DNA of 64,000 nucleotides from an uncultured Bacteroidota bacterium (GTDB lineage Bacteria; Bacteroidota; Bacteroidia; Chitinophagales; Chitinophagaceae): NCBI GenBank assembly GCA_903903635.1, contig CAIUZK010000142.1, positions 11,037 to 75,036 of the forward strand, read 5' to 3'. Shown piece by piece: positions 30,799 to 40,034 of this stretch (position 1 is its first letter; each line of letters starts with the position of its first letter). The notes under the pieces were generated by a model. It saw only the letters and a program-made list of their open reading frames with translations, ran no database searches and was not told where the DNA came from. The position numbers and the translations under genes were made by a program.

Positions 30799-33426
30799 AT
30801 GCTTACCGGAAACGAGATACGCCAGCAGTTTTTAGATTTTTTCAGAAGCAAGGGACACTCCATTGTTCCTTCGGCTCCTATTGTGATCAAGAATGATCCT
30901 ACCCTGCTTTTTACCAATGCGGGAATGAATCAGTTCAAGGATTTTTTCCTGGGCAACGGAACGCCATCGAACACACGTTTAGCCGATACTCAGAAATGCC
31001 TGCGCGTAAGCGGTAAACATAACGACCTGGAAGAAGTGGGTGTGGATACTTACCACCATACAATGTTTGAGATGCTGGGCAACTGGAGTTTTGGCGATTA
31101 TTTTAAAGAGGAAGCAATAGCATGGAGCTGGGAGCTGCTGACAGAGGTATACGGTATTCCGAAGGATAAACTTTATGTAACTGTTTTTCAGGGCGATGCA
31201 TCTGAAAATCTGCCAAAGGATGAAGAGGCGTATAATTTCTGGAAACAGCATGTAGCCGAAGACAGGATACTGCAGGGTAATAAAAAAGATAACTTCTGGG
31301 AGATGGGCGATACCGGCCCATGTGGCCCATGCTCTGAAATACATGTTGATTGCCGCAGCGAGGAAGAGAAAAAACTGGTTGATGGTAAGACCCTGGTGAA
31401 TGCCGACCATCCGCAAGTAATAGAGATATGGAACAATGTATTCATGCAGTTCAACCGGCAAAAGGATGGCAGCCTGGTGCCGCTGCCGGCAAAGCATGTG
31501 GATACCGGGATGGGACTGGAAAGGCTGGTGCGTGTGTTGCAGGGCAAACAAAGTAATTATGATACCGACCTGTTTACCGGAACCATTACTGCCATAGAAC
31601 ATATGACCAACAGGCAGTATACCAATACCGATAGTAAGAAAGATGTAGCCTTCAGGGTATTGTCTGATCATATACGTGCTATCGGGTTTACTATTGCCGA
31701 CGGGCAGTTGCCATCGAATACCGGTGCGGGTTATGTGATACGCAGGATATTAAGAAGGGCCGTGCGGTATTATTATTCGTACCTGGATCATAAACAACCC
31801 TTGTTGTACAGGCTGATGCCTGTTCTGGCCAAGCAGTTTGAACATGTATTCTCAGAGTTGCACCAGCAGATAGACCTGGTAAGCAGGGTGGTGAAAGAAG
31901 AGGAAGAAGCTTTTTTGCGCACATTGGAAAAAGGGCTGAGGAAAATTGATGATATAATAACAGAAACCAGGAGACAGGATACCACCGTTATCAATGGCCG
32001 CGCTGCGTTTGAGCTATATGATACGTTTGGGTTTCCGATAGACCTGACAAGACTGATAGGGAGTGAGAATGGACTGCATGTGGATGAACCAGCTTTTGAG
32101 GCAGAAATGAAGCAGCAGAAAACCCGCAGCCGTGCAGCAACAGCGCTGGATACGGATGACTGGGTAATGGTAAAAGATAATGCAGCCACCAATTTTGTAG
32201 GTTACGACCTGCTGGAGGCTGAGGCATCGATTCTGAAATACCGGAGAGTGACCTCGAAAGGAAAGGAGTCTTACCAAATTGTGCTTGATACCACACCATT
32301 TTATGCCGAGAGCGGCGGACAGGTGGGAGATACCGGTGAGCTTATATTTCCGAATGAGATAGTTAAGATCGTTGACACCAAGAAGGAAGACGGGCTAACC
32401 ATTCATTTTGCTGAGGTGCTCCCGGAGAATGTTGCTGCGCCGGTACATGCAAGGGTGAATGCAGTAAAACGTATTTCGACGGCGGTGCACCATAGCGCTA
32501 CGCACCTGCTGCATGCAGCATTGCGTACAGTGCTGGGAACACATGTGGCGCAAAAAGGTTCGCTGGTAAATGAAGAACATCTGCGTTTCGACTTCTCGCA
32601 CTTTGCCAAGGTTACCGATGAAGAGATAGCCAGGATAGAAGCCATAGTAAATGAAAAAATAAGGGAGAATATACCGGTGGTTATTAAGACCATGCTGAAG
32701 GATGAAGCTGTAGCGCTGGGCGCAATGGCCTTGTTTGGTGAGAAGTATGGTAATGAGGTGCGTGTAGTGATCATGGATGCGAACTACTCGATTGAGTTGT
32801 GCGGAGGTACCCATGTGGGGTCGACTGGGCAGTTGGGTTATTTTAAGATTACCAGCGAAGCCGCAGTGGCCGCAGGAGTGAGAAGGATGGAGGCCGTGAG
32901 CGGTAAGGCAGCCGAGGATTTTATTAATGAACAATTGCAACTGATCGCTTCTATTTCGGCGCAGTTAAAAAATGCGAAGGACCCGCTCAAGGCGATAGAA
33001 AAACTGCAGGAAGAAAGAAGCCAACTGGAAAAGCATGTGGAGAACCTTGAGGCCAGGCAGCTTGTAGGTATCAGGAATGAACTGCTTGCCAAAGATGAGA
33101 TCATCAATGAGATAACCTTTGTGGGGCAAATGGTAACGGTGAGTAATGCCGATGCCCTGAAGAAATTGTGCCTTGACCTGAAATCGCATCTGAATGATCA
33201 TGTGATCGTGCTTTGTGCAAACATAGACGGTAAGGCTTTTGTGGCCGTGGGTGTAGATGAAAAAGTAAATGCAGCAAGAGGACTTGATGCCGGAAAGATT
33301 ATAAAAGAGCAAGTGACTGGCCTGATAAAAGGCGGCGGAGGCGGGCAGAAAACACTGGCTACTGCCGGCGGACAGGATGTAGGTGGCTTGCAGGCGGTGA
33401 TAGAAAGGGTAAAAGGATTATTATAA
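30799..33426 (+). CDS. alaS: Alanine--tRNA ligase
   Basis: DPTLLFTNAGMNQFK, HHTMFEMLGNWSFGDYFK, DTGMGLERL, ELCGGTHV. Likely ATG at 30799. Confidence 0.99.
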   Translation: MLTGNEIRQQFLDFFRSKGHSIVPSAPIVIKNDPTLLFTNAGMNQFKDFFLGNGTPSNTRLADTQKCLRVSGKHNDLEEVGVDTYHHTMFEMLGNWSFGDYFKEEAIAWSWELLTEVYGIPKDKLYVTVFQGDASENLPKDEEAYNFWKQHVAEDRILQGNKKDNFWEMGDTGPCGPCSEIHVDCRSEEEKKLVDGKTLVNADHPQVIEIWNNVFMQFNRQKDGSLVPLPAKHVDTGMGLERLVRVLQGKQSNYDTDLFTGTITAIEHMTNRQYTNTDSKKDVAFRVLSDHIRAIGFTIADGQLPSNTGAGYVIRRILRRAVRYYYSYLDHKQPLLYRLMPVLAKQFEHVFSELHQQIDLVSRVVKEEEEAFLRTLEKGLRKIDDIITETRRQDTTVINGRAAFELYDTFGFPIDLTRLIGSENGLHVDEPAFEAEMKQQKTRSRAATALDTDDWVMVKDNAATNFVGYDLLEAEASILKYRRVTSKGKESYQIVLDTTPFYAESGGQVGDTGELIFPNEIVKIVDTKKEDGLTIHFAEVLPENVAAPVHARVNAVKRISTAVHHSATHLLHAALRTVLGTHVAQKGSLVNEEHLRFDFSHFAKVTDEEIARIEAIVNEKIRENIPVVIKTMLKDEAVALGAMALFGEKYGNEVRVVIMDANYSIELCGGTHVGSTGQLGYFKITSEAAVAAGVRRMEAVSGKAAEDFINEQLQLIASISAQLKNAKDPLKAIEKLQEERSQLEKHVENLEARQLVGIRNELLAKDEIINEITFVGQMVTVSNADALKKLCLDLKSHLNDHVIVLCANIDGKAFVAVGVDEKVNAARGLDAGKIIKEQVTGLIKGGGGGQKTLATAGGQDVGGLQAVIERVKGLL

Positions 33427-33647
33427 TTTTTTCGGTACTTGCAGATACGGCAGACCCTGGCTTTTGGACGGGGTTTGTTTTTTAGTACCTAAGCAGGTGT
33501 TTTTTTTACGGAATATTAAACCCAACGAAAAGCATCACATATGTGAACAAAAGACTAAATGATAGGGTTGAGGGTTATATTTTTCAATATAACTGCGCCT
33601 TGTTTAGCTTTTGTCATCAGATTTCTTATTTTTACTGCCTGTAAGCT

Positions 33648-33827
33648 ATGATACTGCGGAATCTTTTGTTTTTTACGGCAATACTGCTGATAATCGGCTG
33701 GGTTTTGGCTGTTTTTGTTTGGCCACATGATGGTAATGTAAAGCACACTCTGGCTTTGCTGGCTGTTGTTTCATTGATAGTTGCCCTTACCCGTAAAACA
33801 GGTAAGGATGTAACCGATCAGGAATAA
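33648..33827 (+). CDS. Small two-helix membrane protein (lmo0937/DUF5670-like), absent from the ORF track
   Basis: Translated by hand: MILRNLLFFTAILLIIGWVLAVFVWPHDGNVKHTLALLAVVSLIVALTRKTGKDVTDQE* (59 aa). Confidence 0.7.
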   Translation: MILRNLLFFTAILLIIGWVLAVFVWPHDGNVKHTLALLAVVSLIVALTRKTGKDVTDQE

Positions 33828-33911
33828 ACAATAGGGTTACCTGCACGGAGAAACAAATATTTTTTTCGTTTTTATTTCAATTCCGGGAACTAATTCCCAA
33901 TCTGACCTTAT

Positions 33912-33920
33912 TTATCCACA
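33912..33920 (+). promoter_or_regulatory. Perfect DnaA box upstream of dnaN
   Basis: TTATCCACA about 95 bp before the dnaN ATG and upstream of a TATCTTTG -7 box. Confidence 0.6.
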
Positions 33921-33975
33921 TTTTACCCTTTTAAGTTTCTTACTTTTAATTTTGGTTTTATTTAAAATATCTTTG

Positions 33976-33995
33976 CCTGCCTGTCGGTAGGCAGG
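33976..33995. repeat. Short palindromic element CCTGCCTGTCGGTAGGCAGG
   Basis: Near-perfect hairpin in the dnaN leader; resembles dispersed Bacteroidota palindromes. Confidence 0.55.
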
Positions 33996-34014
33996 TTAAA
34001 AAACAACAATAGCA

Positions 34015-35136
34015 ATGCGTTTTATAGTTACATCAACAGCCTTACTCAAAAATCTGCAGCAGATCAGTGGCGTGATCAGCGCTAATACAGTGCTTTCGGT
34101 ACTGGAAGATTTTCTTTTTGAGTTGCGTGGCAACACACTTACGCTTACCGCAACGGATCTTGAAACCATGATGCGCGTGCAGATGGAGGTAAACGATGCC
34201 GATGGTGATGGCCGTATCTGTATTCCATCGAAAATACTGACTGACTATCTGAAGAATCTGCCGGAGCAGCCAATAACATTTAACATTAATGAGCACGACC
34301 TCTCGATAGAAATGTCGAGCGACGTGGGTAAGTACCGTATAGGTGGTGAAAAGGCTGATGACTTTCCGAAGGAGCCGGCACCTGGCGATACCACGCAGTT
34401 TGGTATGTCTTCAATCGGATTGCTGGAGTGCATCAACAAAACACTGTTTGCGGTGAGCGCCGATACTTTGAGGCCGGCTATGACGGGCGTGTTTTTTGAG
34501 CTGGACGTAGACAGCATAACACTTGTATCTACAGATGCCCACAGGCTGGTTCAGTTTCGCCGCACCGATGTGAATTGCCCTGCCAAGGATGGTTTTGTAG
34601 TACCCAAGAAACCATTGCAGCAGTTGCGTTCTACGCTTTCGCCCGATGAAACTCTTTTGCAGCTTGCATACAACGGCAGCCACCTTTTTGTTACAGGTCC
34701 GCATTTAAGTCTGAGTTGCCGCCTGATAGATGCACGATTCCCTGACTACAGGGCGGTAATACCGGTAGACAATCCGTACAAGCTAACTTTGAACAGGGCG
34801 GATTTTGTGAGTGCTCTTCGTCGTGTGAGTATCTTTTCAAACAAGACAACCAACCAGGTAGTACTTGATATTAATGGTAACTCTTTGCAAATCAGCGCGC
34901 AGGATATAGACTTCTCGTATGAAGGAAAAGAACTGCTGAGTTGCCAGTACAGCGGCGAGGATATGAAAATAGCCTTCAATGCCAAGCTGATGGTAGAAAT
35001 GGTGAACAATATAGATGGCAATGAAGTGGTGGTGGAACTGAGTACACCTACACGCGCAGGTATCTTCCGCTCTATTGATAAAGTAGAAAATGAAGATGTG
35101 CTGATGCTGCTGATGCCATTGATGGTAGGGGTATAA
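34015..35136 (+). CDS. dnaN: DNA polymerase III beta sliding clamp
   Basis: LTLTATDLET, LRPAMTGVF, VSTDAHRL, RLIDARFPDYRAVIP, LMLLMPL. Confidence 0.98.
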   Translation: MRFIVTSTALLKNLQQISGVISANTVLSVLEDFLFELRGNTLTLTATDLETMMRVQMEVNDADGDGRICIPSKILTDYLKNLPEQPITFNINEHDLSIEMSSDVGKYRIGGEKADDFPKEPAPGDTTQFGMSSIGLLECINKTLFAVSADTLRPAMTGVFFELDVDSITLVSTDAHRLVQFRRTDVNCPAKDGFVVPKKPLQQLRSTLSPDETLLQLAYNGSHLFVTGPHLSLSCRLIDARFPDYRAVIPVDNPYKLTLNRADFVSALRRVSIFSNKTTNQVVLDINGNSLQISAQDIDFSYEGKELLSCQYSGEDMKIAFNAKLMVEMVNNIDGNEVVVELSTPTRAGIFRSIDKVENEDVLMLLMPLMVGV

Positions 35137-35221
35137 TTCACCCCTGAACCCCTAATGGGGAACCATGCATTAAGCTGAAATTATGATTTGAGCCAGAATA
35201 AATTTCACAGAATATTTTTTC

Positions 35222-35249
35222 AAAATGCCTTCAATTTGAGGGCATTTTT
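35222..35249 (+). terminator. Rho-independent terminator
   Basis: AAAATGCCTTCAATTTGAGGGCATTTTT. Confidence 0.7.
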
Positions 35250-35324
35250 GTTTTGTAGCTAACCCGGATAACATTCGATAGTCATAAATTTCCAAATGTT
35301 GTTCATTACTCCTTATTTTGCTTT

Positions 35325-36023
35325 GTGATCAACAGACGTTTCATAATTGTTTCGATTTTTATATTGCTGACCTCATGCGGGCAATCGCCAAAGCAGAAGG
35401 AGCAGAGTCAGGATCAGCAAACTGAGAAAAGCGGACGTGATGAATTGCTAAAAACAAGGCATGATACTTACATTGATTCGATAGGTGAATTGCCTGTTCA
35501 GATATCAAAGCATATTCCGGAAGGGTATGCTGTGCTTGATACCGCTATAGGCGATCTGAATATGGATGGTATAAATGATGTGCTGCTGGCTATTTGCCAT
35601 AAGGGTGAAGACACCCTATCCGATTTTGCAAATGGCCATGAGGAAAAACGCCCGCTACTCCTGCTTCTTGGTCAGGCAGACCAATCATACAGCCTTGCCA
35701 GGCGAAATGATAATGTGGTGATGTGCATAGACTGCAGCGGTGTTATGGTGCGCTCTGATCCGTTTACGGGACTAAAAATCAGGAATGGTTATTTCTCGGT
35801 AGAGCACGGCGTTGCCGAAGGACCACAGCACTGGAACAGGGTCACTACCTTCAGGTACGACAAGGAAAAAAAGGAGTGGTATCTGCACAAAGATGGTGGT
35901 GCCAGCTACACACTAAGCGATGACCCCAATAGTGAGGATGGCATGAAAAAAGTGCACGAAGACCTTAAGACCACCAAAGACTTTGGCGAAATTACTTTCG
36001 AAAAATTTAAGCCTCTGGATTAA
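35325..36023 (+). CDS. Hypothetical lipoprotein
   Basis: Lipobox LLTSC; GDLNMDGINDV motif; DFGEITFEKF C-terminus. Confidence 0.75.
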   Translation: MINRRFIIVSIFILLTSCGQSPKQKEQSQDQQTEKSGRDELLKTRHDTYIDSIGELPVQISKHIPEGYAVLDTAIGDLNMDGINDVLLAICHKGEDTLSDFANGHEEKRPLLLLLGQADQSYSLARRNDNVVMCIDCSGVMVRSDPFTGLKIRNGYFSVEHGVAEGPQHWNRVTTFRYDKEKKEWYLHKDGGASYTLSDDPNSEDGMKKVHEDLKTTKDFGEITFEKFKPLD

Positions 36024-36065
36024 GAATCAGAACCATAATTATGGTTGCCATATTCAGCATTGTTA

Positions 36066-36671
36066 TTAAATTTTCCGGAACGAACTGTTCAGGTTTCTTG
36101 GTAAAAAATATCCTTTAATACAATTGGGATTTCGGATACAAATCTGAATGTGATTTTTCTCATAAAAACCTGAGGTAGGGTAAAGATTATTGCCCTCAAT
36201 GAATACTCCTCTTACTGAATCGAAAGGTACTGAAGCATGTTTGTTTAGATATTCAATTACCAGGCAATCAAGATCACGGAGCATCAGGTCATTAGTTCCT
36301 TTTCCTGTTTTGTTTGTGGGTAGTGTTATGTTAATTTGTTTAGCGGAATTTTCTAGAGCTTTATGCCGGTCTTTTAGTATATCTAAATACGCACTATCTA
36401 AAAGGTCTAAGCATATTCCCAAATTTATAATAGCCCCGAGTACAGCTGGTTTTTTAATGATTGGCTTACCTGGCCTTGGATTATTTTTCAGCTCTTTGGC
36501 AAAATCAAATGCTCTTTGAAGATTATTTTCCCAGAAATAAATGCCATTACCTAGCCAATCATATTTATTTTCAATGAGCTTTAGATCATCCTTACCCAAT
36601 AGAACATTATCACGCACACTTTCATCACAACCATGAAATCCGATGATATATCCTGGGCGTGTGGAGTACAT
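36066..36671 (-). CDS. Putative ADP-ribosyltransferase-fold protein (H-Y-E/Q clade, DUF3990/CmdT-like)
   Basis: GFHGC, YDWLGNGIYFWEN, PAVLGAII-LG-CLDL, DSVRGVFIEG, HIQICIRNPNCIKGYF; AT-rich. Fold assignment is inferred. Confidence 0.65.
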   Translation of the reverse strand: MYSTRPGYIIGFHGCDESVRDNVLLGKDDLKLIENKYDWLGNGIYFWENNLQRAFDFAKELKNNPRPGKPIIKKPAVLGAIINLGICLDLLDSAYLDILKDRHKALENSAKQINITLPTNKTGKGTNDLMLRDLDCLVIEYLNKHASVPFDSVRGVFIEGNNLYPTSGFYEKNHIQICIRNPNCIKGYFLPRNLNSSFRKI

Positions 36672-36824
36672 TTAAGCAACCTTAAAGCGTTTCTTTAAAT
36701 TTCCTTTTGCTGTAAGTAACCCTAATTCAATTAGAAATTCTCTTGCGGCTTCAGGAGACTTTGCAACTTTCTTTTGTAGCTTAATTCCGTCCTTCTTTAA
36801 TTGTTTTAATTCTTTTTCACTCAT
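36672..36824 (-). CDS. Small basic protein, putative antitoxin; absent from the ORF track
   Basis: Translated by hand: MSEKELKQLKKDGIKLQKKVAKSPEAAREFLIELGLLTAKGNLKKRFKVA* (50 aa). Its TAA abuts the ATG of the next gene. Confidence 0.7.
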   Translation of the reverse strand: MSEKELKQLKKDGIKLQKKVAKSPEAAREFLIELGLLTAKGNLKKRFKVA

Positions 36825-37110
36825 AGTAAACTGATTGTAGTAAGTTATTCAAATGTCGTTATCCAGACAATTTTGTACTAATTTACAAAACAAAAATACA
36901 AAAAAACTCAATACTGAAATTTAGATGAGCACATTTAAATCAAAGCACTGACTATATTTGTTAAAGATGTAGCGATTATATTTGATAATGAAAGCCTAAA
37001 ACCCACTATTTGTCATTAACATGCAGAAGAAAGTTCATTAAGCTGAACATATATTCTCCTGCTAAGCCCCGGAACAAGGTCCCGTTTTTTCAACGGGAGG
37101 GGTTTGGGGT

Positions 37111-38235
37111 TTAATAAGTAATCACCTGCTCCTCCATGATCGCAGGCATTGCCCTGAATTCATATTGCTGGTTGCGGAGCCGGGGTTCAAATCCGGCCTC
37201 ACGTATCGATTGTTGAATGCTTTTGGCTGTAAACCTATGAGGTGCGCCTGCTGCGCTTACCACATTCTCCTCGATCATAATTGACCCGAAATCGTTGGCG
37301 CCCGCATTAAGGCATATCTGCGCCACAGGCTTACCCACCGTTAGCCATGAGGCCTGAATATTGATCACATTAGGCAGCATGATGCGGCTCATGGCTATCA
37401 TGCGTATATATTCCTCGGCAGTGGTCAGGTTTTTGGTGCCACGTATTTTCAGCAGCAGGGTATCTACATCCTGGAATGTCCAGGGTATAAAGTTGAGGAA
37501 GCCCTTGGCTCCTTCCGGTTTCTGTGCCTGTACCTCGCGTATCTTCACCAGGTGCTCAAAGCGCTCCTCCAGTGTTTCCACATGTCCGAACATCATAGTG
37601 GCGCTGGTAGTAAGGCCCTGCATATGGGCTTCATGCATAATATCCAGCCACTCCTGTGTGCCGCACTTGCCATTGCTCACTAGTCGGCGCACTCGGTCGT
37701 TAAGTATTTCGGCGCCCGCGCCCGGCAGGCTGTCGAGGCCGGCTTCTATCAGGGCTTTCAGTACTTCGCGGTGTGTGCTTTGCTCCAGTTTTGTGATATG
37801 TGCTATCTCTGGCGGGCCCAGGGCATGAAGTTTAAGGTTGGGGTAAAGTTGCTTGAGCGTTTTAAACAAATCTACATAATACGCCAGCCCCAGCTCAGGA
37901 TGGTGGCCACCCTGCAGCAGCAATTGCTCGCCGCCATATTTGAAGGTCTCGTCTATCTTGCGCTTATAGGTTTCAATATCGGTAATATACGATTCGGGAT
38001 GACCGGGTATGCGGTAGAAGTTGCAGAACTTACAATTGGCCACACAAACATTGGTAGTATTCATGTTGCGGTCAATGATCCAGGTTACCTTGCCATGAGG
38101 CACCTGTATCTTGCGCAGTTCATTGGCTACAAACATCAGCTCGGTAAGCGGGGCATTTTCAAACATAAAGATCCCTTCCTCAGCGCTCAGAAATTCAAAC
38201 TTCAACGCCCGCTCGTATAAACCGGATAATTGCAT
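37111..38235 (-). CDS. mqnC: Cyclic dehypoxanthinyl futalosine synthase (radical SAM, futalosine menaquinone pathway)
   Basis: NTTNVCVANCKFCNFYR (CxxxCxxC), LLQGGHHP, SLPGAGAEIL, QASWLTVG, GANDFGSIMIEENVV. Confidence 0.92.
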   Translation of the reverse strand: MQLSGLYERALKFEFLSAEEGIFMFENAPLTELMFVANELRKIQVPHGKVTWIIDRNMNTTNVCVANCKFCNFYRIPGHPESYITDIETYKRKIDETFKYGGEQLLLQGGHHPELGLAYYVDLFKTLKQLYPNLKLHALGPPEIAHITKLEQSTHREVLKALIEAGLDSLPGAGAEILNDRVRRLVSNGKCGTQEWLDIMHEAHMQGLTTSATMMFGHVETLEERFEHLVKIREVQAQKPEGAKGFLNFIPWTFQDVDTLLLKIRGTKNLTTAEEYIRMIAMSRIMLPNVINIQASWLTVGKPVAQICLNAGANDFGSIMIEENVVSAAGAPHRFTAKSIQQSIREAGFEPRLRNQQYEFRAMPAIMEEQVITY

Positions 38236-38334
38236 CACCAAAATATTTTGTCGGCAAAATTAAGCATTAAAACCCCAAACCATTGCTGAAAATTGGGAGA
38301 TTCCTATCCTCTCTGGGTTATTTGCAATAGTGTG

Positions 38335-38379
38335 ATAGATAAAGTATATTTACTTAAGCTAATACCTGAAAAATGAAGC
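38335..38379 (+). repeat. 45-bp leader repeat of the GldM-like paralogs (copies at 40584-40628 and, partially, 39155-39194)
   Basis: ATAGATAAAGTATATTTACTTA(AG/CA)CTAATACCTGAAAAATGAAGC; 43/45 identical between copies 1 and 3; contains a TATATTTA -7-like box. Confidence 0.9.
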
Positions 38380-39107
38380 AATGTATTTGGTTATTGTCGT
38401 TACTTGTTATTGCCAATGTTAGTTATTGCCAGGTAGTCGCTATTCAGAAAACTTTGGATAATGAGTTATATGTGTGTGTACAAAATCCTTTAAATGTTGC
38501 TGTTGAAAAGTGTGCATCAAAAAAAATACGGTTAATAACCAATAATGGTAGAGTTCAAGGAGAAAAGGGCCATTGGGTTATTTGCCCTGAACACACAGGA
38601 AATACTGTTATTTATGTATACAAAAAAACCGTGTTGGGGTTAAAATTTATTGACAGCCAGTATTTCAGAGCAAAGCAAATACCTCTTTCAAAGGCAACTA
38701 TAAATGGAAGGCCAGATGGAAAAATTACGAAATCATTATTTTGCTCTCAAATTGCACCAGTAGCAGTTGTGTACTGTTGCGGTTTTGACTTTAGATTTAA
38801 AATAGTGAGTTTTACAGTTGTTGTTTATCGTTCGTGCGACAAGGAGATATTCAGAAGAACAATGTCAGATAGTAATGGAACTCGCATTGACTCTGTTACC
38901 CATGAATTCTTCACTACGTTGGAAAACAATGACAAAGTAGTATTTACGGATATCAAAATGGTTTTCTGTTACGATGCACCAAGAGTCGGAGAGCCAATAG
39001 AGTTGTCAATAACGGACGCAGAATATTACAAAAGGCCATCACCTGGTGAGAATGAGACAGTAATTGACCCAATAAATGGTAATGAATATGTAAGGCCAAA
39101 GTGGTAG
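38373..39107 (+). CDS. GldM C-terminal-domain-like exported protein, paralog 1
   Basis: Signal peptide; NELYVCVQNPLNVAV and FRAKQIP...NDKVVFTDI resemble the distal domains of GldM. Confidence 0.7.
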   Translation: MKQCIWLLSLLVIANVSYCQVVAIQKTLDNELYVCVQNPLNVAVEKCASKKIRLITNNGRVQGEKGHWVICPEHTGNTVIYVYKKTVLGLKFIDSQYFRAKQIPLSKATINGRPDGKITKSLFCSQIAPVAVVYCCGFDFRFKIVSFTVVVYRSCDKEIFRRTMSDSNGTRIDSVTHEFFTTLENNDKVVFTDIKMVFCYDAPRVGEPIELSITDAEYYKRPSPGENETVIDPINGNEYVRPKW

Positions 39108-39180
39108 TGCAATATTTTTTATCTGGCCAAGTTTTACAGTTGTCTTGAATAAGTTATTTACTTACACTAATATCTAAAAA

Positions 39181-39933
39181 ATGAAGCGGCTCATTGCGTT
39201 ATTGTTTCTGAATATGGTGATACAAACTGGCAATGGCCAGGTGGTCGCCATTGAAACCCCTAGGGGACATCAATTGTACATGTGCATCGATAATCACTTT
39301 AAAGTAGCTGTCGAAAATACGCCTTCAAAGGACTTAGTTCTGGAAACAGACAATGGTTCAATAGATAGAGAAGAAGATTATCCACCCGGATATTATAAAA
39401 TAAATACAAAAAAAGATGGGAAGGCGGTAATATATGTAGACCGTAAAACACCAAAAGGATTAAAAAGAATAGACAGCCAAATTTTTTGGGTGAAAAAATT
39501 ACCATGTGTGGCAGCTCTAGGAGGTAAACCTGGTGGCCCTTTTTCAAAATCATCGATTTGTGCTCAGATTGCCCCCCAGGTTTATGTTGCAAATTTGAAT
39601 ATTCATCCCGATTTTATAATTGAGCAATTTACTGTTATTGTTCATTGCCCATGTGGACAGGAATTGTTTAAGAGAACATTAAAGAATAATGGAACTTTTG
39701 GGGCACGTATTGATCCTACTACCAACGATTTTTTTACTACACTGGAGAATGGAGACACAGTGTTATTTACAGATTTTAAAATACGGAATTGTGATTTTGG
39801 GCTTGAGCCTCAGTTTTATCAACCTATGGTGTTTACAATTACGGAAGCAGAAAAATACCACAAACCAATCCCAGGAGAAGTATATGAATTAGAAGACCCT
39901 GTTACAGGAAATGTATTTAAGAAAACATACTGA
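39181..39933 (+). CDS. GldM C-terminal-domain-like exported protein, paralog 2
   Basis: Signal peptide; LYMCIDNHFKVAV, FWVKKLP, AQIAP, NGDTVLFTDF; shares a C-terminal tail with paralog 1. Confidence 0.7.
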   Translation: MKRLIALLFLNMVIQTGNGQVVAIETPRGHQLYMCIDNHFKVAVENTPSKDLVLETDNGSIDREEDYPPGYYKINTKKDGKAVIYVDRKTPKGLKRIDSQIFWVKKLPCVAALGGKPGGPFSKSSICAQIAPQVYVANLNIHPDFIIEQFTVIVHCPCGQELFKRTLKNNGTFGARIDPTTNDFFTTLENGDTVLFTDFKIRNCDFGLEPQFYQPMVFTITEAEKYHKPIPGEVYELEDPVTGNVFKKTY

Positions 39934-39952
39934 AAATATATATTCGAAAAAA

Positions 39953-40034
39953 TAAGCTTTTAAGCATAAATAATTTTTGATAAATTAAGCCTATATACTT
40001 AAATTTGTACAGATAATTTAAGTCTTTAAGCTTA
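39953..40034. promoter_or_regulatory. Three TAAG-N8-CTTA-type operator-like palindromes
   Basis: 39953-39968 (TAAG..CATA), 39986-40001 and 40019-40034; overlap a TAAATTTG -7 box and the start codon. Confidence 0.65.
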
